A stretch of 62,611 nucleotides of DNA, counting the filler. It is 7 parts of 7 records of this genome, joined end to end, with 100 filler letters (N's around TTAATTAATTAA, not from the genome) between each part and the next. Parts side by side here need not be neighbours in the genome. Positions count along the whole stretch, not along the records: positions 1 to 18,619 come from DRR723986_19404; positions 18,720 to 24,264 come from DRR723986_19426; 5 more parts are not named here. One strand, written 5' to 3'. The translations under genes were made by a program, and so were the position numbers. The notes beneath the pieces are model-generated. The model did no database searches, was not told the origin of the DNA, and saw only the letters and a list, made by a program, of their open reading frames with translations. Shown here piece after piece: positions 10,260 to 19,382 of the stretch (position 1 is its first letter; each line of letters begins with the position of its first letter).

Positions 10260-11021
10260 ATGGAAGCTGAGTTTCTGGCGGGTCTCTCCGGTTTGTGGTT
10301 TGTGATTTTTTGCCTGCTGGCTTTTGCCACGTTTACTATTGCTTCAACTCTCGGAGTCGGAGCGCCGCTAATAATGGTGCCGACTTTGATGCTGGTTTTT
10401 CCTGCTGATACCGCCGTCGCACTGATGGCGCCAGTGATGTTGTTTTCAAACGGTTTACGCGCCTGGATTTTTCGCGAGAAGATCGCCTGGCCACCGCTTC
10501 GCAAACTGGCTTGGGTTGCACTCCCGGCAGCGGCAGGCGCAGCATTCTTAACCGGCTTAACGAGTCCACTTATTCTTAAACTGTTTATTGCCGGGATGAT
10601 TTTATTTGTTTTGGCGCGCAAGGCCATTAGCAGCCAGAGCGTTAACATTTCTGACGGGGCACTATATGGTTTGGGTGCGGTCATCGGTTTTATCAGCGGC
10701 TGGGCGGGCACGGCGGGACCGCCGACGGCAATTGCCCTACGAGGCCGCGGATTGGTGTTACAGGAATTTGTGGCGACGGTGGCAGCACTGCAGGTGGCGC
10801 TGCAGTTGATGCGTTTACCTGGCTATGCAATTGGCGGCAGCATTGGCACGCAGCACATTTTCTTTATGACAGCCATGAGTCTGGCCACAATTCCTTCGGT
10901 CTACATCGCTCGCTGGTTGTTAACAAAACTCGACGCCCAGGTGTTTGAGTATTTACTGGATGGTTTACTCTTTGTAATCGCTGTGTGGTTGGTGGCTGGG
11001 AGTCTGGGCGCGCTCGTGTAG
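10260..11021 (+). CDS. TauE/SafE (TSUP) family membrane transporter
   Basis: About 8 hydrophobic segments with internal duplication: STLGVGAPLIMVP and GFISGWAGTAGPP. Confidence 0.8.
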   Translation: MEAEFLAGLSGLWFVIFCLLAFATFTIASTLGVGAPLIMVPTLMLVFPADTAVALMAPVMLFSNGLRAWIFREKIAWPPLRKLAWVALPAAAGAAFLTGLTSPLILKLFIAGMILFVLARKAISSQSVNISDGALYGLGAVIGFISGWAGTAGPPTAIALRGRGLVLQEFVATVAALQVALQLMRLPGYAIGGSIGTQHIFFMTAMSLATIPSVYIARWLLTKLDAQVFEYLLDGLLFVIAVWLVAGSLGALV

Positions 11022-11434
11022 GCCTTATTCAGCCGCAGTTTTGTTAAGTTTTGACTGATTTCCCCTTGAGTGCACTTCGCCGCCTGCACGCTGTTTGGCT
11101 GCTTGTTTTTTCAGGACGGCTTTGTTTTGCGTTGGGGCTCAATGTTAAAATAACTGGAAGCCCAAGGGCACTCTACTTTTGTTTGGAATAGTCGAATTGA
11201 TTATATAAATTAACCCTCACTAATTTGAATAGTTGTAATTCTGAAGCGATGTTCGACACATTACCGACTTCTGAATGTGTGCTCGCATAACTCAGCCACG
11301 CGAACAGACAATACTGTTGAGTCCCAAAGTTCAGCACTTAAATCGGACGACCAGTTCAGTAGAATCATTCATGGAATTGACTCAGCGTCAGTCCAGATTA
11401 TTCATCAAAATACATGCCCAGAGGTGCAAGCATC

Positions 11435-11779
11435 ATGTTCAAGAAACTAGGTGCGCTATTGGCCACTATTGTTCTGCTTGGAGCAGCTCCACTAGCTGAG
11501 TCTGCAACGATTACAAAAACAGTAAAGTATGGAGGACCTGGTGGCCATGCCTGGGTATTCCAATACATTGATGGCTGGGGTGGTGAGAACTATCAATGTT
11601 CGGCATCTGGTGGTAGCTGCGGTCTATGGGACTGGCAGTCAATATACCCGCTAGGTGTTTCAGGAGAAGATCCGAACCCGGAAATCAATACGGCCGAGTA
11701 TTTCCATGGCTTGGTACAGACGGCCGTGGGTGGCGATGCACCAGACTACTTGCCGACGTTATTTATCACTTACGATTAG
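11435..11779 (+). CDS. Small secreted protein, paralogue 1 (114 aa, C-x6-C)
   Basis: GAGGTG RBS before ATG 11435; Sec signal MFKKLGALLATIVLLGAAPLAESA; aligns without gaps to the next gene. Confidence 0.85.
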   Translation: MFKKLGALLATIVLLGAAPLAESATITKTVKYGGPGGHAWVFQYIDGWGGENYQCSASGGSCGLWDWQSIYPLGVSGEDPNPEINTAEYFHGLVQTAVGGDAPDYLPTLFITYD

Positions 11780-11899
11780 TCCAGGCGCCTATCAACCAAT
11801 ATTGAGACAGTACGAGATTAATCTAAACATGACTCTATCTCTTGTGATCACAAGACCTTTACTACTATTCAACTAATTGCATATAAAGATAGGATATTT

Positions 11900-12244
11900 A
11901 TGCTGACCCGAACAATTCTTTTAGCCTGTGCCCTAATTGGCTTGACTTCCACTTCCTCATCAAACGCGGTGACCATTGAGAAACTCTATGAATATGGTAA
12001 CCCACAAACAGGGGCCTGGGTGTATTTGTATCAAGACCGGTGGGGTGGTGAAAACTTTCAATGTACTTGGGAGGGTACAAGCTGTGGAATGTACGACTGG
12101 CTAGCAGTGTATACACTGGGCATTGGGGCTGATGACCCCAATCCAGAGATTAACAATGCACAGTATGGACACGATCTGGTCGTAGCCGAACTCGGCAGTG
12201 CGGCACCTCCGTACTTACCAACTTTTTCGATGACAACATACTAG
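11900..12244 (+). CDS. Small secreted protein, paralogue 2 (114 aa, C-x6-C)
   Basis: AGGA RBS; signal MLTRTILLACALIGLTSTSSSNA; 47/90 identities with paralogue 1 by manual count. Confidence 0.85.
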   Translation: MLTRTILLACALIGLTSTSSSNAVTIEKLYEYGNPQTGAWVYLYQDRWGGENFQCTWEGTSCGMYDWLAVYTLGIGADDPNPEINNAQYGHDLVVAELGSAAPPYLPTFSMTTY

Positions 12245-12253
12245 AGTATCCAA

Positions 12254-12306
12254 AAGGCAGCCCGTCTATCAAATCAAAACGATTGAGGCGGGCTGCTTTC
12301 ATTTTA
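12254..12306 (+). terminator. Stem-loop (terminator or attenuator) between the small genes and the TPR/thioredoxin gene
   Basis: 14-bp stem AAGGCAGCCCGTCT/AGGCGGGCTGCTTT followed by CATTTT. Confidence 0.7.
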
Positions 12307-12313
12307 TCAATAT

Positions 12314-14194
12314 ATGTCCATTTCAATGCCCAGATATTTTCTTAGACTTGCTGTCACAGCGCTGTGCCTTTTGCAAATTAGCTGTGGCATGAAACAAGAG
12401 TTGCCCCCCGCTTCTTCCCAACACCCGCTATTTTGCGACATTCCTTTAGCAGGGCAAGAGATTCGAATAGTTTACCAGCAAGATCATGATGATGCCTTTT
12501 TCAACACTGCGGACTCATTGGTTGCGACGATTTCAGTTCAAACAAAAGACAGAGCGAATAAGTACCGGGTACTTCTACAAGCGGATGATAAGCTTTTCTC
12601 GGCTCTGTACAAGGTGCCTAATGACGCAGTCTATTTAAGAATTGATGTCGCCCCACCTGGTGTAATCCGCACACCCGAAAACGCGCGCAGTATTGTGTAT
12701 CGCGGAGAAGAACATGCTGTTGAGGGCGTTGCAAAGCTCATGAGGCTCGCTCAAAGTCACACGGAGTTAAAGGAGCTTTTTAGTGATACGGCCATGACGT
12801 CAAACGATTCTTACGCGCAATGGCCTGTGTTTGCTTTGCGCAGCTTACAGCTTAAGGCTAAGGCCGAGCACTTGCTGGAATTTCAAAAGCGCGCAGAAGC
12901 ACGACTGATGGCAATGGAACAGGCGAGCGGAATTGAAAAATTCAACCTGCACCTTACGATAGCAAATATTACACAAGCGTATGCGGATAGAAGTACATTT
13001 AACAGCTCACTCACTAAACTTATTGAATGCGCAGAGAGTTTGCATCAGCGAGTTCATTTCACGTCTCAAGTTGTTCTCGGCGACATGGTAAACCAAGAGA
13101 TTCAAATTGCAGTTGCCCAGGACAATCCCGAGCAACTTAAACAACTGGCAAGAATTGTAAGCACACTCAATTCTGCATACCTGCAGAATCGGCTATTTAC
13201 AGCTGGATTAAAAAATGGTAAAGTTATTAGTCGGTTTCCCGAGCCGTTCGAGATTGCATTAAACAGTTTGGCTGAAGGTTGGCAGAACTGGAATCGCTGC
13301 GACCTAATATCAAACTATAGTCTGTTTGTAGTCGCAGCAAATTGTGCCAAACGAATAGGTTGGACGGCCGTATTAGAAGAAATCAGTCAGGCGTTTAACA
13401 ATTATCAGGAAGTTCCGGTTTGGTTTTATGACGATCCACAACAATGTGTAGCAGCAGATGATGTGAGTGGAATTCAGGTTGGAGTAACGCTCGCACTTGC
13501 CAGAATTTACACGGCTGAGGGCGATCGACTTCGCGGACTGGAATACTACCGGAAAACTTTGGCCCGCAAAGGCAAACTTACACTTGGTGCAAAATCGCTG
13601 GCAGCGATTGACCTTGCCAATTTATTTCTGCGAGAAGGGAGTCTGGACAGCGCAGAAAAGTATTATGCAATTGCGGAGTTAAACGACAGTCCATTTGCCG
13701 AAGGAGTTCGCGAGTCAATTAACCAAATGCGCGACTCCTTAGACTTAGCACCAATTGCCACTGAGGAAGTTCTTAACAAGTACATGGCATTTAAACCGAC
13801 ATTCGTGGCTCAAGAAATTCATGGTGAGCTAAAAACTGTGGATGGCAGTATCAACTATAACAGCTCGGGACCAATTGTTCTGCTTTTCTCATCTGTGGAC
13901 TGTTCGGTTTGTACGGAATTAATGCCACCACTTTATGATGAACTCAAAAGTACATACCCTGAAAATCACATTATTGTTGTTAGTACAGATCCACCAGACC
14001 TTGTTAAACAGCTTTATGGCGATGGTGTTGAGATTGCGCCACTAACGCGCGAAACGGCAGCAATACACAAGGTACAAATGCTGCCTGCAATCCAAGTCAT
14101 ACGCAAAAATAAGATTGAACTGAATCGCTCGAATGTCTCGTCCACCAGCACAGAGCAACTACACGATTACTTCAGTGACTTGGCACTTGAATGA
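12314..14194 (+). CDS. Lipoprotein with TPR-like helices and C-terminal thioredoxin-like (TlpA/ResA-type) CxxC domain
   Basis: Lipobox-like LQIS-C (start may be 12326); TPR-like LALARIY..GLEYYRK and LANLFL..AEKYYA; IVLLFSSVDCSVC..IVVSTD..LP. Confidence 0.75.
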   Translation: MSISMPRYFLRLAVTALCLLQISCGMKQELPPASSQHPLFCDIPLAGQEIRIVYQQDHDDAFFNTADSLVATISVQTKDRANKYRVLLQADDKLFSALYKVPNDAVYLRIDVAPPGVIRTPENARSIVYRGEEHAVEGVAKLMRLAQSHTELKELFSDTAMTSNDSYAQWPVFALRSLQLKAKAEHLLEFQKRAEARLMAMEQASGIEKFNLHLTIANITQAYADRSTFNSSLTKLIECAESLHQRVHFTSQVVLGDMVNQEIQIAVAQDNPEQLKQLARIVSTLNSAYLQNRLFTAGLKNGKVISRFPEPFEIALNSLAEGWQNWNRCDLISNYSLFVVAANCAKRIGWTAVLEEISQAFNNYQEVPVWFYDDPQQCVAADDVSGIQVGVTLALARIYTAEGDRLRGLEYYRKTLARKGKLTLGAKSLAAIDLANLFLREGSLDSAEKYYAIAELNDSPFAEGVRESINQMRDSLDLAPIATEEVLNKYMAFKPTFVAQEIHGELKTVDGSINYNSSGPIVLLFSSVDCSVCTELMPPLYDELKSTYPENHIIVVSTDPPDLVKQLYGDGVEIAPLTRETAAIHKVQMLPAIQVIRKNKIELNRSNVSSTSTEQLHDYFSDLALE

Positions 14195-14613
14195 TCTGCG
14201 GCCTGAATGACTTCTGGCCGTTGCAACAGCGACTAACAAAAAGACAAAGCCAGCCTCCGAGCCCAAAGTGAGGCGGCGCAGCGCTGAAAAAGCCAGCCCG
14301 AAGTGGAACAAGGGCGCAGCGTTCTGAACTCCCCGCACGAAGACACGAGCCAGTACACCTACTGAAAACTCTATAGACACACTTCGCTACGGCACAAAGC
14401 GAATTATTGCCGGTTTTAAACCTCTGCCCCCGCAATGTAGTCTCACACCAGGAATCACTCCGGCTATAGTCCCGGAGTGTGAGCGACTGTCCATTTTGCA
14501 TCCGCGCGTGCAGATGTAGCTAAAGAAAATTTTGACGTAAAAAGGTTGATTTTGAGCGAGAATCGGCGATTTGATGATGGTAAACAAGAAATTTATGCCA
14601 AAGCGTGATTTTT

Positions 14614-14642
14614 TTGACTTTTCCTGTAACATGCCGTAGCGT
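14614..14642 (+). promoter_or_regulatory. Sigma70-like promoter TTGACT-N17-TAGCGT for DUF1800/DUF1501 operon 2
   Basis: Same -35 hexamer and spacing as the operon 1 promoter, about 50 bp upstream of ATG 14694. Confidence 0.5.
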
Positions 14643-14693
14643 TTGTGCATTTCTGCACACTCTCATACAACCGACAAATCTGAAAGGCCGAAC

Positions 14694-16490
14694 ATGAACC
14701 GACGTTCCTTCTTATCGGCATCGCTTGGTAGCGCCGCCGCCCTTGGTCTGGCTACAACCGCCCTCGGTAAATCCGACGCGGATGCAACAGCTTATGACTG
14801 GCGTAACTCCTCGCGCTTGCGCAAAGCCCTAGAACCCGCCCCAATGGCCGTAGAAGCCGGCCTGGAAGAGCATAAACCCGAAGAAAACCTGAATGCTGCC
14901 GATGCAGCGCATTTCCTGCGCCGTGTGGGCTTCAACGTCAATGTGACCGATATGCAGTTTGCGACGTCGATGACGGCGGCACAACTGATTGACTATCTGC
15001 TGGCGGACGAAGGTTTTACGGCCCCAGCTGAACCCGAATGGGAAGTCATCGAGTTACTGACACGCCAGGAACTGGCGGCATTGACGCCGGAAGAACGCCA
15101 GGCATATCAGCTGAGTCTGACACGCAACAATGCGACAAACCGGCGGGCGGCACAAGCCTGGTGGGCACATAAGTTCGGCAATAGCGGACTGGCAAAAGCC
15201 GAAGGCAGCCGCACCGACCTGTACAATCCACTGCGCGAGCGCATGACACTTGTGCTGCACGACTTGTATGCCAACGAAGTTGATGTTGTGCGCGTTGCCC
15301 AGCTGATGTACAATCAGAATCAGACGCTACGAGAGATGGCCTTTGGGGATCTGCGCAACCTGTGCCGCCGCATGGTTGACGATCCGGCGATGTTGATTTA
15401 CCTGAACGGTAACCAAAACACGAATAACCGCCCGAATGAGAACTTTGCGCGTGAAATTCTGGAGCTGTTCACGCTGGGTGAAGGCAATTACACCGAAGAC
15501 GATATCATTGAAGCTGCGCGGACATTCACGGGATGGATTGTAGATCCTACCAGCGGCGAGTCTTCAATGATTATTGCGCGCCACGACTCAGCAAGCAAAA
15601 CGATGTTTGGTGAGACTTTCCGCTACCCGGCCACACTTGACGGTGCGCTGGAGGAAACGGACTATGTTATCGACCTGATTTTTAACCAGCGTTATGCTGA
15701 TGATGCGCCGGTCTATGCCGGGCAAAGTATCGCAGCAATTCACCTGGCTGAGCGTTTGTATCGCACCTTTGTCTACGAAATCGACGACCAGCGGATTGTT
15801 AGTGAGCTGGCGCAAATCATCGAAGCAAATGATTTTGTAGTAGCACCGGCAATTAAGGCGCTGCTTGCCAGCGCACACTTCTACGACGCTGAGTTCCGCG
15901 GAGCGATGATCAAATCGCCTCTTGATTTTGTTGCCGGCATTCTGCATCAGTTTCCGGTAACAGGCCCAACGCCGGGATATGCGGATCCAATTGAGGGTGG
16001 CGGACGTTTAAGCGCCAATATTTGGTTCCTGATTGCCGTGCAGTCTGGTGATCCTCTTGCAAATGGCTACATGGATGCGCTTGGCATGCAGTTGTTTAAT
16101 CCACCGAATGTGGCGGGCTGGTCTGGCTATCACGACTGGATTAACACGGCGACCTACCCACTGCGTAATTATTACTCCGACTTGTTTGCCGATGGAATTT
16201 CACAGCGGAATGGACGGATTAATTTTGCTACGATTCAGGTTCTTGAATTTGGCAAACAATTTCCGTCTTTTGCCACTGATGCTGACAAGCTTGTTAATGA
16301 AGTTGCTCTCTACCTCCTACCCTTCCCACTCTCCGACCAACAACATGGCGACATGATTGAAGCTCTGGTTGGTAGTCGCGACCGTGCCTATGAGTGGCCC
16401 GAGAAAGCAGCCGTTGACGAAGAAGCAGCCGTCGGAATCCGCAACTTAATCAAAGCGATGATGCGCTTACCTGAGTTCCAACTCGCTTAA
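14694..16490 (+). CDS. DUF1800 family protein with Tat signal (copy 2)
   Basis: MNRRSFLS; AAHFLRRVGF, PAMLIYLNG, PNENFAREILELFTLG, PPNVAGW, PEFQLA. Confidence 0.9.
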   Translation: MNRRSFLSASLGSAAALGLATTALGKSDADATAYDWRNSSRLRKALEPAPMAVEAGLEEHKPEENLNAADAAHFLRRVGFNVNVTDMQFATSMTAAQLIDYLLADEGFTAPAEPEWEVIELLTRQELAALTPEERQAYQLSLTRNNATNRRAAQAWWAHKFGNSGLAKAEGSRTDLYNPLRERMTLVLHDLYANEVDVVRVAQLMYNQNQTLREMAFGDLRNLCRRMVDDPAMLIYLNGNQNTNNRPNENFAREILELFTLGEGNYTEDDIIEAARTFTGWIVDPTSGESSMIIARHDSASKTMFGETFRYPATLDGALEETDYVIDLIFNQRYADDAPVYAGQSIAAIHLAERLYRTFVYEIDDQRIVSELAQIIEANDFVVAPAIKALLASAHFYDAEFRGAMIKSPLDFVAGILHQFPVTGPTPGYADPIEGGGRLSANIWFLIAVQSGDPLANGYMDALGMQLFNPPNVAGWSGYHDWINTATYPLRNYYSDLFADGISQRNGRINFATIQVLEFGKQFPSFATDADKLVNEVALYLLPFPLSDQQHGDMIEALVGSRDRAYEWPEKAAVDEEAAVGIRNLIKAMMRLPEFQLA

Positions 16491-16572
16491 CACATCCCAG
16501 TTAAGCCGTAACAGATCGACCAAGTATTGGAACTCAAACTACAACCAGAAATTTTAAGCCGGAGTAAATAGA

Positions 16573-18141
16573 ATGAAACGCAGAGACTTTATCAAGGGTG
16601 CCGCGGCTGGAGTAGCCGTCGCTTCTCTGCCGTCAATCGGTGGGCGCGGCGTAAATGTGTTGGCACAATCGCCTTCGAAGCGCGCCATGGACCAGCTGAT
16701 GAGCACCAGCGACAACATCCTGGTTCTGATCCAATTAGACGGTGGTAATGATGGACTTAACACAATCATTCCAGTTGAGAATGATGAATATTATCGCCAG
16801 CGTGAGAACATTGCAATTTCCAAAAGCGATGCACTTCCGTTGAACGATACCTTAGGCTGGCACCCGGCACTGGGTGGCCTGCGTGACCTGTACGAAGCCG
16901 AGAAGTTAAGCGTGATTCAGGGTGTAACGTACGCCAATCCAAATCGCTCGCACTTCCGCGGCACCGACATTTGGATGACGGCCAGTGACTCCGATGTTTT
17001 CCTGAGCAGTGGTTGGCTCGGTCGTTACCTGGAGCCCAATTATCCTGAGTTTCCGCAGGTGCTACCGGAAGATCCACTCGCCATTCAAATTGGCTCCAAG
17101 ACGGCTTTGGCGTTTAACAGTGATGCCGGTAAGATGGCCGTTACGTTCCGCGACCCAGATGAATTTTATCGCCTGGTTGGCGGTGTAGATCCGGAAAACA
17201 GCGACGAGTTAACACCCGACACTGTCGGTGGCGAAGAGCTCTCATTTGTACGCACAATTCACGATGCCTCGCAGGCATATTCAGAGCGCGTGCATCTGGC
17301 TTCAGAGGCCGGTGGCAATTCGGTTGAATACCCGGGTGACGCGGTTGCCGGAGCAAACCAACTGGCGCAGAGTTTAAAGATTGTGGCACGCCTGATTTCG
17401 GGTGGGCTGCAAACGCGCCTGTATTTGGTAACACTGCGCGGTTTTGACACACATGCGCAGCAGCTGGATATGCATGCCGGTTTGTTAACACAGCTTTCGG
17501 ATGCTGTTAAAGCATTCATGGAAGATTTGGAAGCCCAAAATATTGGCGACAACGTTGCCGGTATGACCTTCTCTGAATTTGGACGGCGCGTACAGGAAAA
17601 TGGCAGCGCCGGTACGGATCACGGTGCTGCGGCGCCACTGCTGGTGTTTGGCAACCAGGTACTTGGCAATCGCGTGCATGGGCAGGACCCAGATTTGGCG
17701 AACCTGGACACGCGCGGCGACCTCATGATGCAGTACGATTTCCGCAGTGTGTATGCATCAGTTTTGGCGCAATGGTTTGGACAGGAAGACAACGACATTC
17801 AATCGATTTTGCTTGGTGAGTTCAGCACTCTGCCGATTTTCCGCGAAAATCAAGTTTCGAGTGTTAACCCGCATGGCGACCCAGTTTTTGAGTTGCGGCA
17901 CACGCCCAATCCTTTAACTGTTGAGGGCACAATCCACTACAGTTTGCCGACGGCCACGTACGCGCGCATTACGATGTATGATGTGCATGGACGCAAGGTT
18001 GGTGTTCTGTTTGCGGGCGAGCAGGCGGCAGGACAGCACACGCTGAAGCTGGATGCAAGCCGCTTAACGGCGGGCTCATATTTTTACCGGATCGAGGCCG
18101 GCAGCCAGTCAGCAACACAAATGCTGCAGGTGGTTCGCTAA
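16573..18141 (+). CDS. DUF1501 family protein with Tat signal and T9SS type A-like C-terminal domain (copy 2)
   Basis: MKRRDFIK; QLDGGNDGLNT, RSHFRG, GFDTH, SEFGRR, GTDHG; tail PNP..YDVHGR.V..L.AGSYFYRI..VVR. Confidence 0.9.
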   Translation: MKRRDFIKGAAAGVAVASLPSIGGRGVNVLAQSPSKRAMDQLMSTSDNILVLIQLDGGNDGLNTIIPVENDEYYRQRENIAISKSDALPLNDTLGWHPALGGLRDLYEAEKLSVIQGVTYANPNRSHFRGTDIWMTASDSDVFLSSGWLGRYLEPNYPEFPQVLPEDPLAIQIGSKTALAFNSDAGKMAVTFRDPDEFYRLVGGVDPENSDELTPDTVGGEELSFVRTIHDASQAYSERVHLASEAGGNSVEYPGDAVAGANQLAQSLKIVARLISGGLQTRLYLVTLRGFDTHAQQLDMHAGLLTQLSDAVKAFMEDLEAQNIGDNVAGMTFSEFGRRVQENGSAGTDHGAAAPLLVFGNQVLGNRVHGQDPDLANLDTRGDLMMQYDFRSVYASVLAQWFGQEDNDIQSILLGEFSTLPIFRENQVSSVNPHGDPVFELRHTPNPLTVEGTIHYSLPTATYARITMYDVHGRKVGVLFAGEQAAGQHTLKLDASRLTAGSYFYRIEAGSQSATQMLQVVR

Positions 18142-18212
18142 AGTTTCGACATTCCCAGGACATCGCTGATGTTTAAGGGGGAATAAGTTGACAGACAATC
18201 TCGCATTCCAAA

Positions 18213-18257
18213 GAAGAGCACGTGTATCAGGGTACGGTACGCGTGCTCTTCGCTTTT
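18213..18257 (+). terminator. Intrinsic terminator after operon 2
   Basis: GAAGAGCACGTGTATC/GGTACGCGTGCTCTTC stem followed by GCTTTT. Confidence 0.6.
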
Positions 18258-18619
18258 AAAGCATTTTCGTATCAAAGGAAGTGTTAATTGAGAGTGAACC
18301 CTGGAGATTGGAGTTAATGGCCTTGGGCCAGGAGTTGCGGGATTGAGTGTGGCGTGAATATAGGATCGATTCCGCTAATGGGCTTTGGAGTTTGTTAATT
18401 TATGGCTCAAGGGTTAAGCGGAGTTCGCGACTATGTCTTTTGTTTATGATCATGGGTTTTGTTGGATCCGGATTGACGCTGCCATGAGACAGATGAGTTT
18501 AATTCTTGAGATTTGGTTAATTGGGCAGGTTCCTCCAATGAGTCTTTGAGTTTCGATCTTGAGGAACAGCAATTTAGGCAGACTCCGCTGTTGAATCTTT
18601 GGGCCCACCCTGGTTTCCC

Positions 18620-18719
18620 NNNNNNNNNNNNNNNNNNNNNNNNNNNNNNNNNNNNNNNNNNNNTTAATTAATTAANNNNNNNNNNNNNNNNNNNNNNNNN
18701 NNNNNNNNNNNNNNNNNNN
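18620..18719. other. Artificial contig spacer
   Basis: 100 nt of N-run, TTAATTAATTAA (stops in all six frames), N-run. Confidence 0.98.
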
Positions 18720-19364
18720 CCCGCCGATGTCAGCGACTACAGTTATGACAGCCACATGCGCTGGCTGACCCACTGGCTTGAAACACTGGACCTGACCAAC
18801 GTCACGCTGGTGTGTCAGAACTGGGGCTCACTGCTGGGATTAAGGCTGGCGGCAGAGCATCATCGTCGGTTCAGCCGGATCATTGTCGGCAACGGCATGC
18901 TGCCAACGGGGGACACCCGGGTACCGGCCGTCTTCAGACTCTGGAAGGCGTTTGCCAGCCATAGCCCCTGGTTTCCGATAGGCCGGATCGTCCAGCTTGG
19001 TACCGAACGGTCACTCAGCCCGGCCGAAATAGCCGCCTACGAGGCGCCCTTCCCGACACCGGATTACAAAGCCGGTGCCCGGGCGTTCCCGGCACTGGTG
19101 CCAACCTCACCCAACGACCCGGCCAGCGCCGCCAACCGGGAAGCCTGGCGCGTGCTGGGAAAATGGCGCAAACCCTTTATCACCTGCTTCAGCAGCGGCG
19201 ACCCGATTACCCGGGGTGGCGACCGTTATATGCAGCGGCGAATCCCCGGAGCCTTCGGCCAGCCCCATATCACCCTCAACGGCGGACACTTCCTGCAGGA
19301 AGATTCCCCCCGACAGTTCGCCCGGGTCATTCTGGACGCGCTGAAAGCCGAGATGGCGGCCTGA
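18720..19364 (+). CDS. Haloalkane dehalogenase (alpha/beta hydrolase), 5'-truncated
   Basis: Frame open from contig start; LVCQNWGSLLG nucleophile elbow, AYEAPFP, FSSGDPIT, GHFLQED. Confidence 0.85.
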   Translation, partial: PADVSDYSYDSHMRWLTHWLETLDLTNVTLVCQNWGSLLGLRLAAEHHRRFSRIIVGNGMLPTGDTRVPAVFRLWKAFASHSPWFPIGRIVQLGTERSLSPAEIAAYEAPFPTPDYKAGARAFPALVPTSPNDPASAANREAWRVLGKWRKPFITCFSSGDPITRGGDRYMQRRIPGAFGQPHITLNGGHFLQEDSPRQFARVILDALKAEMAA

Positions 19365-19382
19365 TAACCAGACCCGCCTCAC

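Noticed and set aside
11435-12244. Small paralogues as classical RiPP precursors or a CRISPR-like array
   Set aside because: Sec-type signals rather than double-glycine leaders; no YcaO, LanM, radical SAM or peptidase-ABC gene nearby; similarity is at protein level with no spacer structure
14200-14600. Possible ncRNA in the intergenic gap (AAAGCCAGCC twice; CACTCCGG/CCGGAGTG hairpin)
   Set aside because: Only a 10-bp repeat and one short stem; no tRNA, tmRNA, RNase P or riboswitch signature recognised
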